Positions 48,451-56,405 of a DNA stretch of 64,000 bases are shown in pieces. The stretch's first letter is position 1. Every line of letters starts with the position of its first letter. The notes below the pieces were generated by a model. The model was not told the DNA's origin. It saw only the letters and a program-made list of their open reading frames with translations, and did not search any database. The DNA comes from a virus, in IMG/VR virus record IMGVR_UViG_3300042482_000679. The stretch is one strand, 5' to 3'. The translations under genes were made by a program, and so were the position numbers.

Positions 48451-49818
48451 CTAAAAACCTAACAGATTTTCAAAGTTAAATAACTTTTTATTGTAAATAA
48501 AATCATTAAATTTTTCATAGTCCATTGAAAAATTTCTCTGTTGTAATCCTTTTTGGACTTTAAACTCAACTTTTAAAGTTTCAGGGTTGACACTATCAAC
48601 AACCAATCTTAAATCAGGGTAATTTGGGAACGGAAGACTATACCCCTGTTTAAACTTACTAAAAATTTCTTTGGATATTCTGGACCATTCTTCAATTTGA
48701 TAATCTTCCTCAAACTTCTCAAGTATCTTATCAAGGTTTCGTCCCAAATCAACATTAAAACCGTGACTATCAAAATCTCCTTGGTAGTTCCAATACTCTT
48801 CGTACCAACCTCCATTTATACCACCAACTTCATTAAAAATCCCTTCCAATAATTGTTTTGGTGTTGCAGATTCCATATTAAGTTGGACTGCCCAAGTATA
48901 AAGAACGGCAACTGTTGCGGTTAATTCGTTATCTCTCGAGTCCCAACTAAAACCATTTTTTGAGAAAACATTGTTTAACTCTTTATAAACACTTTCTCTA
49001 ACACCATCTCTTACTTCCTCATTGGCATAATAATTGGCACTATCCATCATATCACCCAAAATACCCGGAACAAGTTTATTGAAGTCTCTATACAGTTTTG
49101 CCAAAACTTCTTCGTTACTAGAGTTATCAATACTGATATCTTCCTCATTCCAATCAGGATGCAACAAAGAAAATATTTTCTTCATTTTTTCTTTGTTTTC
49201 ATCATTATATTGACTTTGATACCAATATCCCTCTGAAAAATTTTCTCGTGTACTCCATTCATCAACAAACTGAAAACCATCATAACCACCATAACTTGAT
49301 GTAACAGCATTAATAATATAAATGTCATCCTCAACCAAGTTAAACATATTTTCATAATCATTCTCGCTTAATTTGAAGACAATTTTTGTTTCACCCTTTC
49401 TACTACCTCTTTCTATTACTTCAGAAACTTTTGGAAATCTATCTAAATAATCAGCATCGACTCTACCATAGATGTATTTTCTTAACGCAATTGGGAAGAA
49501 TGGACCTGGTTTTGTAAGAGTCTCAATAAAGTCTTCCAATGTACCATTTGTTGTGAAATTTTTCAAATTAACCTCTGAAGATTTAGAATCAACAATTTTG
49601 TAGTCACTCTCAGTACGAGTTAATAAATAATACTTCCCACTTTCATTGATAACATAAGCACCTCCAAGGGAAAAAGATTTTTCCAAATCTTCTACAGTTT
49701 CATCGTTCTGACACCAATTTGTGTTATCTTGGAAGTTATTACATAGTGCTTCCATATTGTAATATAGAACGATTGTATCGTTAAAAGATTCAAATATTTT
49801 CTTGTCAAACTTTGGCAT
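48451..49818 (-). CDS. Hypothetical acidic protein
   Basis: 455 aa; late motif 5 nt upstream; N-terminal C..TNWC motif. Confidence 0.7.
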   Translation of the reverse strand: MPKFDKKIFESFNDTIVLYYNMEALCNNFQDNTNWCQNDETVEDLEKSFSLGGAYVINESGKYYLLTRTESDYKIVDSKSSEVNLKNFTTNGTLEDFIETLTKPGPFFPIALRKYIYGRVDADYLDRFPKVSEVIERGSRKGETKIVFKLSENDYENMFNLVEDDIYIINAVTSSYGGYDGFQFVDEWSTRENFSEGYWYQSQYNDENKEKMKKIFSLLHPDWNEEDISIDNSSNEEVLAKLYRDFNKLVPGILGDMMDSANYYANEEVRDGVRESVYKELNNVFSKNGFSWDSRDNELTATVAVLYTWAVQLNMESATPKQLLEGIFNEVGGINGGWYEEYWNYQGDFDSHGFNVDLGRNLDKILEKFEEDYQIEEWSRISKEIFSKFKQGYSLPFPNYPDLRLVVDSVNPETLKVEFKVQKGLQQRNFSMDYEKFNDFIYNKKLFNFENLLGF

Positions 49819-49841
49819 ATACTAATAAATACTTATATTTG
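49811..49841 (+). promoter_or_regulatory. Bacteroidota-type promoter for tmRNA
   Basis: TTTG (49811) - 19 nt - TATATTTG (49834). Confidence 0.75.
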
Positions 49842-49859
49842 TATTGTTCTTTGAAATAT

Positions 49860-50255
49860 GGGGGTGCCTTGGTATTGATTGGCGTTGCTGGGCATCGGGG
49901 GCACGTAGTGAGAAGTTTCCTATCACTATAATCTACGGAGGCGATTTTTAACTGGCAATACTTTTGCTAAACTTTCTGCTCTCGGTCTTATGAGAGAAGA
50001 AAAAGTTGCTGTAGCCTAAGAGGTATACACAACACGGGGTCGATGGACATTAACCTAGCAACAGAAGTCCTTTAAGGTGTGGTTTCTATCCAAAAAGGAA
50101 CAAAACGGGTATGGTTCCCCGTAAGAACTGTCACCGTCGCTGAGCGGTGTGAGAACTCAGATATTTCGGAAGGTATGAAAAACCTTGACCTAAACGTGTA
50201 GTCCCTAATGGTTAGGGCGAGCAAGACGGGGGTTCGACTCCCCCCACCTCCACCA
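49860..50255 (+). ncRNA. ssrA: tmRNA
   Basis: Acceptor GGGGGTG/CACCTCC-A-CCA with G3:U wobble; T-arm GGGGG-TTCGACT-CCCCC; tag ORF 49954-50019 after TAACT. Confidence 0.93.
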
Positions 50256-50260
50256 AGTTA

Positions 50261-50300
50261 GATGTGGGAGTTTTAGTTGACTCCCATATCTCTTTTTTTT
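50261..50300 (+). terminator. Intrinsic terminator after tmRNA
   Basis: GATGTGGGAGT...ACTCCCATATC followed by a T-tract. Confidence 0.8.
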
Positions 50301-50311
50301 ATATTTTACCT

Positions 50312-50713
50312 GTGGGTAATCATTGTCAAGTTTGTAGTTTTAAATGTTGGGGTCGAGATGACCATCACGCCAGTTGTTGTTCTTTGGAAGATAGGAACTA
50401 CATTATGGGTCCAATAGAAGACTATCAAACATTTCTAAAAAACCTTTCTAAAAAACTTGGTCGTGAAGTAAAGTTTGATGAGGTTTTTTATAACTATGAA
50501 ACGGGGTCTAAGGTATTTCCTGATAGACCTGTTTGGCAAGATTTCCGTAGTTATCCAGCATTTAAAGTAGATTTCTCAACAGAAAACAAATATTGTATCA
50601 ACTATAATAGACACTTAAGAAGTTGTATGGTGTATGACATTAGACCTGAAACTTGTGTAAATTATTTTTGTGATTATTTAGAAAGAGAACTATTGATGAA
50701 TGGTGAAGTATAA
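50312..50713 (+). CDS. YkgJ-like Cys-cluster protein
   Basis: CxxC...CC...C...C.VY..RPETC..YFC; GTG at 50312 preferred because 50264 lies in the terminator. Confidence 0.75.
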   Translation: MGNHCQVCSFKCWGRDDHHASCCSLEDRNYIMGPIEDYQTFLKNLSKKLGREVKFDEVFYNYETGSKVFPDRPVWQDFRSYPAFKVDFSTENKYCINYNRHLRSCMVYDIRPETCVNYFCDYLERELLMNGEV

Positions 50714-50733
50714 TTATATTAGTAATCATAATC

Positions 50734-50820
50734 GGAGGTTTGGCAGAGCGGTCGAATGCGGCAGTCTTGAAAACTGCTTTACGGGAAACTGTAACCGGGG
50801 TTCGAATCCCTGAGCCTCCG
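50734..50820 (+). tRNA. tRNA-Ser(TGA)
   Basis: GGAGGTT/AGCCTCC acceptor, GCAGT-CTTGAAA-ACTGC, long variable arm; no encoded CCA. Confidence 0.95.
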
Positions 50821-50826
50821 CTAAGA

Positions 50827-50858
50827 AATCTTGGGACATCATCCCAAGATTTTTTTTT
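50827..50858 (+). terminator. Intrinsic terminator
   Basis: AAATCTTGGGA-CATCA-TCCCAAGATTT followed by a T-tract. Confidence 0.8.
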
Positions 50859-50895
50859 GTTTGACAAATCCATTTTAAATCTTTAACTTTGAACT

Positions 50896-51225
50896 ATGGA
50901 ACTATTAAAAGAATTTTGGACAAAAGTGAAAAGTGGTCTTAGAATCGTTGTTAACTACTTTTTCATTATCCTGGGTATGGTGGGATGCTTTACCATTGGA
51001 TACTATTACAACGCATTACGTGATTTCAACAAGATTGGTAAACCTAAAATTTATAAGGCAATTGACCACACGTTGGCAATCGACGAAAACAATAATGGCA
51101 TCATTATTGAAAATCGTAGAGGTACCTACATTGTATTGGACGCTGAATTGGTGACCAAGTTCTTTGATATCAAAGCACGAAATATGTGGGGACAACACCA
51201 AACACCAAAACCTGTAGAGAAATGA
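50896..51225 (+). CDS. Single-pass membrane protein
   Basis: Hydrophobic segment IVVNYFFIILGMVGCFTIGYYY; promoter TTTG-N20-TAACTTTG at 50860-50891. Confidence 0.7.
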   Translation: MELLKEFWTKVKSGLRIVVNYFFIILGMVGCFTIGYYYNALRDFNKIGKPKIYKAIDHTLAIDENNNGIIIENRRGTYIVLDAELVTKFFDIKARNMWGQHQTPKPVEK

Positions 51226-51296
51226 TGAGTGTTTGGTATAACCGAATTCTCCACCTGTTAGCAGGTATTGCGGTGGGGTATTTAATCTTTGTTTAA
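51222..51296 (+). CDS. 24-aa hydrophobic peptide (not in the ORF track)
   Basis: MMSVWYNRILHLLAGIAVGYLIFV; ATGA overlap, fills the intergenic gap. Confidence 0.45.
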   Translation: MMSVWYNRILHLLAGIAVGYLIFV

Positions 51297-51306
51297 AAAA
51301 AATGTT

Positions 51307-51870
51307 ATGACAGTAAAAAGGACCATTACAACAGTTTATCTCCTAATCACCATTATGGTGTTAACAGTAGGATACCAATTAGCCAAGAATAAATTCGTTT
51401 ATCAACCTAATGGTATTGAAGAAATGGGGTATGAGTCCACTTTGCCAACGTCATTGTATATGTATAATCTACTTGAGGACAAGTCCGAAGAATACGGTAT
51501 CCCCAAACATATCTTATACAATGTCGCTTATTTGGAGACACGTTATTGTGGTCCTTTTCACGTCAACTACAACCCACATCAAAGGTCTTATGCCGGAGCA
51601 GTGGGACCGATGCAAATCATTACAAGATACTCGCATTCATATGCGGGTAGACGAGTTAAAGAGACCGAATTAAAAAATAATCTGAAACTTAATATCGACA
51701 TTTCTTGTAAGATGCTCAAAAAATTACACGGTATGTATGGGCGATGGGATTTGGCTCTTGGATATTACAATACAGGTTATCCACAAGTTAATGGTTACGC
51801 ACGATACGCATCATCCACAATTGATTACAAACAAAAATGGGTGAAACCAAAAACTCAAACAACTCTATGA
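51307..51870 (+). CDS. Lytic transglycosylase (SLT domain) with N-terminal membrane anchor
   Basis: VAYLET catalytic Glu, GAVGPMQI, ALGYYNTG. Confidence 0.88.
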   Translation: MTVKRTITTVYLLITIMVLTVGYQLAKNKFVYQPNGIEEMGYESTLPTSLYMYNLLEDKSEEYGIPKHILYNVAYLETRYCGPFHVNYNPHQRSYAGAVGPMQIITRYSHSYAGRRVKETELKNNLKLNIDISCKMLKKLHGMYGRWDLALGYYNTGYPQVNGYARYASSTIDYKQKWVKPKTQTTL

Positions 51871-52217
51871 CGAAACTACAAGACGCTATCTTTATATTCT
51901 TTGTTTATTTAATTTCTCAAATATTCGTATTCTACCAACTCCAAGGTCATCTTTGGAACAAATGGATTAAAGACCACCCATTTCTTATGGCACTCTTTGG
52001 ACTACCACTTGGATATTTGGTTATATTAGGGTCTCGTAAGATGGTTGCACTGTGTGACGGTCAAACTTGGCCAAATCGAATTTTAGGTTTTACTCTTGGA
52101 GTAATAGTATTTACTATTATGGCTTGGGTTTACCTTAAAGAACCCTTATCATTAAAAACAGGTGTATTACTTTTTTTATGTTTCTTAATAATTTGCATTC
52201 AATTGTTTTGGAAATAA
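51867..52217 (+). CDS. Four-TM small membrane protein (DMT/SMR-like)
   Basis: Four hydrophobic helices, LKEPLS motif; ATGA overlap at 51867. Confidence 0.7.
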   Translation: MTKLQDAIFIFFVYLISQIFVFYQLQGHLWNKWIKDHPFLMALFGLPLGYLVILGSRKMVALCDGQTWPNRILGFTLGVIVFTIMAWVYLKEPLSLKTGVLLFLCFLIICIQLFWK

Positions 52218-52255
52218 GAAAATCAGTCGTATATTTGTAGAGTTAAAAACAATAT

Positions 52256-52329
<74 letters not shown>

Positions 52330-52333
52330 CAAA

Positions 52334-52525
52334 ATGACAGACTTGTATTTAGATTCAAAAGAAATCCGAAAGAAACGATACCAAGGGGTAAATCCCGAAG
52401 GTTTTGTTCTTGTATCAGAAGAAGCTTTGGATAAGCTACGTGACTTTGAAATATGGAAAAAATGGAAGAATAATGAAATCGATTTAATTGATTTGGAATT
52501 CGAAGAAAATCATTTGACAGAATAA
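52334..52525 (+). CDS. Hypothetical protein
   Basis: 63 aa from ATG at 52334; the upstream start in the track lies inside the tRNA. Confidence 0.55.
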   Translation: MTDLYLDSKEIRKKRYQGVNPEGFVLVSEEALDKLRDFEIWKKWKNNEIDLIDLEFEENHLTE

Positions 52526-52553
52526 TTATCTTTGTTATATTTCTGTAACACAA

Positions 52554-52627
52554 GCCTCTATAGCTTTAATCGGTAGAGCACCTGACTTGTAATCAGGGGG
52601 TTGGCGGTTCGAGTCCGTCTGGAGGCT
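52554..52627 (+). tRNA. tRNA-Thr(TGT)
   Basis: GCCTCTA/TGGAGGC, CCTGA-CTTGTAA-TCAGG. Confidence 0.95.
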
Positions 52628-52643
52628 CAAAAAAAAAATCATT

Positions 52644-52823
52644 ATGACAAACAAGAATCCAAAAACAACTGATAAAAAGGTGAAAACCACTGAAAACGAT
52701 TTTCGTATTGTTGCTGAGGGTAAACTAAAAGGTCGTAAAGATATATCTAAAGATGAAAATAAAGATAATCCGTGGAAATGTGAATGGGATAATGTCCACG
52801 GTGATGTAATTCACTTTAGATAA
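52644..52823 (+). CDS. Hypothetical protein (59 aa; not in the ORF track)
   Basis: MTNKNPKTTDKK...GDVIHFR, fills the gap between two tRNAs. Confidence 0.5.
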   Translation: MTNKNPKTTDKKVKTTENDFRIVAEGKLKGRKDISKDENKDNPWKCEWDNVHGDVIHFR

Positions 52824-52827
52824 AAAA

Positions 52828-52903
52828 GCGGGAGTAGCTCAGTTGGTAGAGCTTCAGCCTTCCAAGCTGAAAGTCGCGAGTTCGAGTCTCGTCTCCCGCT
52901 CCA
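52828..52903 (+). tRNA. tRNA-Gly(TCC)
   Basis: GCGGGAG/CTCCCGC-T-CCA, TCAGC-CTTCCAA-GCTGA. Confidence 0.96.
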
Positions 52904-52904
52904 T

Positions 52905-53010
52905 AAGGGAATCCGGCTTTATGGTGAAGGACACGCTGGCGGATGACATTCAGAGATTGTCTTTAAAGAACTCGAAACCATAAGTCTTGTGATGGAGGTC
53001 CCTTCCACCA
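52905..53010 (+). ncRNA. Candidate structured ncRNA (unclassified)
   Basis: Nested helices AAGGGA/TCCCTT, GGCTTTATGGT/ACCATAAGTC, AAGGACA/TGTCTTT; ends CCACCA. Confidence 0.45.
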
Positions 53011-53015
53011 CACAA

Positions 53016-53088
53016 GCGAGAGTAGCTCAGTTGGTAGAGCACAACCTTGCCAAGGTTGGGGTCGCGAGTTCGAATCTCGTCTCTCGCT
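53016..53088 (+). tRNA. tRNA-Gly(GCC)
   Basis: GCGAGAG/CTCTCGC, CAACC-TTGCCAA-GGTTG. Confidence 0.96.
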
Positions 53089-53132
53089 CAATCTGAATTA
53101 AAACACAGAGTAAACCAAATTTAAAAACCAAA

Positions 53133-53303
53133 ATGAAAAAAGTAGTATTTTTATTGTTTTCTTTAGTTCTTTTGGCTTCTTGTGGTAACGAGGCGACTCC
53201 TGCCGTTGAACCATCTTCAGTTGACACAACTGAAGTTGTTGTTGACAGCACTGTAGTTGATTCAACAGTTACTCCTGAAGTTGAAGTTGCACCTGCTAAG
53301 TAA
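53133..53303 (+). CDS. Small lipoprotein (56 aa; not in the ORF track)
   Basis: MKKVVFLLFSLVLLAS-C lipobox; DTT/DST/DST motifs; terminator at about 53325-53350. Confidence 0.8.
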   Translation: MKKVVFLLFSLVLLASCGNEATPAVEPSSVDTTEVVVDSTVVDSTVTPEVEVAPAK

Positions 53304-53374
53304 TTACAGAGGTAACACGGACTTAAAAGGGACCTCGTGTCCCTTTTTTTATGCTTTAAACTATTTATAACAAT

Positions 53375-54697
53375 ATGAAACGAGTTTTAAGAGAAGAAAT
53401 AAATTCAATGAAATCATTAATGAAAATTAATGAAGACTTTGTTACTGTTTCTTCAGTTGGATTTGATAACATCACAACAGATAATGATTCAACAAAGTCT
53501 GATAAAATAAATCGTGCGCTTCTTAAAGATATTAGTAGAGCAGCTAAAAAGGCTGGTGTAAAAGTAACTATCACAACTGCTAATTCAGGTCACAATATGA
53601 GAACTAAATCCGGCACCTTAAGTAGACATAATACTAATCAAGCCGTCGATATTGCGATGATTGATGGTGTTGGTTCAGGTGGAGCGACTAATGCAACTAA
53701 TGGTAACCCTAAATTTAAATCAGGTGGAGATAAATTAGTCGCCGCTCTTGAAAGTATGGGTTATACGAGAAATGCTGAAGGACCCCAAAACCCAAAGGCA
53801 GTTTTTTGGCAAACTAATTCAGGTGGTAATCATTTTAATCACGTACACGTTTCAAACACAACTGGCGAATCATCTAAAGAAAGTGACGATAATTTTGAAA
53901 TTACACCTGAAAGAGAGGAAGAATTGAAAAAAATTGCACAGGGTGTTTCCAATCAGGAGAAAAAAACTGGTGATTTTGAAGCAATATTTAAAATGGCTGA
54001 CACACTTAAATCTACTCTTAATAGAGCATCGGTAAATGCAGGTATAAAAGAGCAGTTTGATGATAGTGAAAGAGTTTCTGGTGTAGGTTTGGTTAAATCT
54101 AAACATCAGGGAAAAATAGTTCCTAACACACTTATAAAGAAAAACTGTGATGATTCATTAGTAATCAGGTTTAGGATGAATAATAGTACATACTATGTAG
54201 AATACTGTAATTTAGAAAAAACTTATAAATCTACAGGTGAAAATGTATACGTTGGCGATAAATTAGGTGAATCCTCAGATACTGTTTATTTAAGTTATTT
54301 TAACTATAAAGGTGACAAAATTAATAAAGACATTATTAGCTCACCTAAAACTGAGCCTGAAGAAATAGACGATGAAAAACCTACAGATTCTGTAAAATCA
54401 AAAGGATTAAAAATATTTCAAGATGATTCTGGAAGTACAGGTGAAACGTTTGCAGACTCTTTTTATAACCTATTTCAAAATTTAAACCCTTTAACCAGTA
54501 GATACGCTATAGACTCAGAAACAGGCAAACCTGTTAAAGTACATCAGGGTGGTCTTGCAACAACACGTAGTAAAGATTCTAAACCAAAAATGGATTATTT
54601 AAAAAGAATAGGATACGCATCAACTAAATCAGGTGCAAAAACCAGAGGTAAAAGTCTTAAAGAAGAAATGGAAATAATGAAAAAATTAATGAAATAA
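53375..54697 (+). CDS. Protein with peptidase M15-like (Hedgehog/DD-peptidase fold) domain
   Basis: SRH....AVD and NHVHV Zn-ligand motifs; possible degenerate M23-like segment; late motif 5 nt upstream. Confidence 0.65.
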   Translation: MKRVLREEINSMKSLMKINEDFVTVSSVGFDNITTDNDSTKSDKINRALLKDISRAAKKAGVKVTITTANSGHNMRTKSGTLSRHNTNQAVDIAMIDGVGSGGATNATNGNPKFKSGGDKLVAALESMGYTRNAEGPQNPKAVFWQTNSGGNHFNHVHVSNTTGESSKESDDNFEITPEREEELKKIAQGVSNQEKKTGDFEAIFKMADTLKSTLNRASVNAGIKEQFDDSERVSGVGLVKSKHQGKIVPNTLIKKNCDDSLVIRFRMNNSTYYVEYCNLEKTYKSTGENVYVGDKLGESSDTVYLSYFNYKGDKINKDIISSPKTEPEEIDDEKPTDSVKSKGLKIFQDDSGSTGETFADSFYNLFQNLNPLTSRYAIDSETGKPVKVHQGGLATTRSKDSKPKMDYLKRIGYASTKSGAKTRGKSLKEEMEIMKKLMK

Positions 54698-54724
54698 AAA
54701 AAAGGGACTTAGGTCCCTTTTTTT
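54696..54724. terminator. Bidirectional terminator
   Basis: AAAAGGGAC-TTAG-GTCCCTTTT with A- and T-tracts. Confidence 0.85.
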
Positions 54725-54727
54725 ATG

Positions 54728-54815
54728 CGGTGGGTGAGGGGCTCGAACCCTCGCGCCGGTTACCCGACCTATCAGTTTAGCAAACTGACCCCTTCACCAA
54801 CTTGGGTAACCCACC
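54728..54815 (-). tRNA. tRNA-Ser(GCT)
   Basis: GGTGGGT/ACCCACC, TCAGT-TTGCTAA-ACTGA, long variable arm. Confidence 0.95.
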
Positions 54816-54820
54816 AAAGA

Positions 54821-55465
54821 TTACTCTTCATCATCATAAACACCTGACTCCAAATCGTCAAGAGTAAATAGATGAATTTCTAATGATTTACCAGTAAACC
54901 ATTCATCCTCAAAGTCTTTTTCAAGTTCTTGGTTCTTGTAAAACATTTTATCCATAACCTCATAATCAAAAATTGGTGATTCTAAACTCTGAGCAGTAAA
55001 GCCAAAGTCTTCAAATTTAGGTACCTCATCAGACTCAATATGATAATTACAAATTGTCCCTTTAACATCCTCAATCAAACAAAGAATGTTTTCGTGACCT
55101 TCGTGAGGGTATGCGTCGATAACCTGACCAACTTCTTCTAAATTTGGTATTTCACCATATTTGTCTTGTAAATCGTATATGTCTGTGAGTTCTTCCCACC
55201 CTTTTTCCCATATAACATTTCCATTTTCGTCAATCAAAACAAACATAAGTCTATCGTTAACATATGGTCGAGATGCCACCCACCAGTTAGTATCATAGTG
55301 GTCATAATTCTCAATTAAGTCAGGTATCATTGAATACATCTCACTGAGTTCTTCGTGATTACCTTCTTCTTTAGCATTAAGAATAATTTCAACTTCTTCA
55401 GAAGTTAGGTTATGGGCAGATGCCTCCATACCAAAACCATTAACCAATAATTTATATTTAGCCAT
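54821..55465 (-). CDS. Acidic hypothetical protein
   Basis: 214 aa ORF. Confidence 0.7.
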   Translation of the reverse strand: MAKYKLLVNGFGMEASAHNLTSEEVEIILNAKEEGNHEELSEMYSMIPDLIENYDHYDTNWWVASRPYVNDRLMFVLIDENGNVIWEKGWEELTDIYDLQDKYGEIPNLEEVGQVIDAYPHEGHENILCLIEDVKGTICNYHIESDEVPKFEDFGFTAQSLESPIFDYEVMDKMFYKNQELEKDFEDEWFTGKSLEIHLFTLDDLESGVYDDEE

Positions 55466-55466
55466 T

Positions 55467-55631
55467 TTATTTAAAATTAGAATTGTTTAACCAAATTGTA
55501 TCACCCTTTTTATATTCACCTTTAGAGTATACAACGCCTTTTAAACCCTCATCTGTTTTACACATATATGAGTTATATTCTTTTCCCACAGAAACCAATG
55601 AGATAACAATCAAAAACGCAATTGTTTTCAT
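55467..55631 (-). CDS. Small protein with hydrophobic N-terminus (54 aa; not in the ORF track)
   Basis: MKTIAFLIVISLVSVG...; tightly packed in the operon. Confidence 0.55.
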   Translation of the reverse strand: MKTIAFLIVISLVSVGKEYNSYMCKTDEGLKGVVYSKGEYKKGDTIWLNNSNFK

Positions 55632-55780
55632 TCTTCTTCCTCCTTATCATTTTGATTTGTTGGTAATGCTCCGACAAATAAAGACATTAAAATCCACCAA
55701 GGACTTTGTGTTAAATAAACAACATATCCGACAAGTGCGAGATATGCCAAGGCAACTAAAGTGTAAGAAACGTATTTCAT
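55628..55780 (-). CDS. Small membrane protein (50 aa; not in the ORF track)
   Basis: MKYVSYTLVALAYLALVGYVVYLTQSPWWILMSLFVGA...; overlaps both neighbours. Confidence 0.6.
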   Translation of the reverse strand: MKYVSYTLVALAYLALVGYVVYLTQSPWWILMSLFVGALPTNQNDKEEEE

Positions 55781-56373
55781 TATTGTAAGAATTTTAAAAC
55801 TTTCTCTTTTACTCCTGATTGTTTAATACCCTCGTATTGTTGTGGTGTATGTACGAAATTAGTTAAACCAGGTTTTTCGTCAAGACCATCTTTATGTGTA
55901 AAATGATTTGATAAAAAATCTACAGACATATCCAAATCATCAATTGACACCCAATGAGTAATTTCAGGATGAGTTTCTAAATAATGTTGGATTTCAATTG
56001 AACGTTCCAATTCTAAATCGGCACGGAATCGTAGTATGTTCCATTTTTCAGGTGCGATATCTTCAGTTCTTGGTGTTGTTGCAATTGGAGCTTTTAGGAT
56101 ACCTTGAGATAGGTAGTATTCACCAAGTTCCTCCAACGTGGCGTGAAATCTCCAATCTGAAGATACAACTATTTCAGCACCAGTCTCTTCTAAAATAGAA
56201 TTTAGGACTTTAATTGCTTTATCATCAAAATCGTCAAATCGATATTGAATAGGAATTTCTCTATTGGTCATAGACATTTTTCTACCACCCCATTTTTTTT
56301 GTTTCTTCATCCTACCACCCCAATTGTTTGCAAGACAAATTACACCATCGTTATCTAGGAATATTACTTTCAT
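55780..56373 (-). CDS. HAD phosphatase of the Swiss-army-knife RNA-repair type
   Basis: MKVIFLDNDGV, IVVSSDWR, WVSIDD; start at 56373 just after TATCTTTG. Confidence 0.8.
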   Translation of the reverse strand: MKVIFLDNDGVICLANNWGGRMKKQKKWGGRKMSMTNREIPIQYRFDDFDDKAIKVLNSILEETGAEIVVSSDWRFHATLEELGEYYLSQGILKAPIATTPRTEDIAPEKWNILRFRADLELERSIEIQHYLETHPEITHWVSIDDLDMSVDFLSNHFTHKDGLDEKPGLTNFVHTPQQYEGIKQSGVKEKVLKFLQ

Positions 56374-56405
56374 AGAACAAAGATAATACAATCTTGTAGT
56401 AATTC

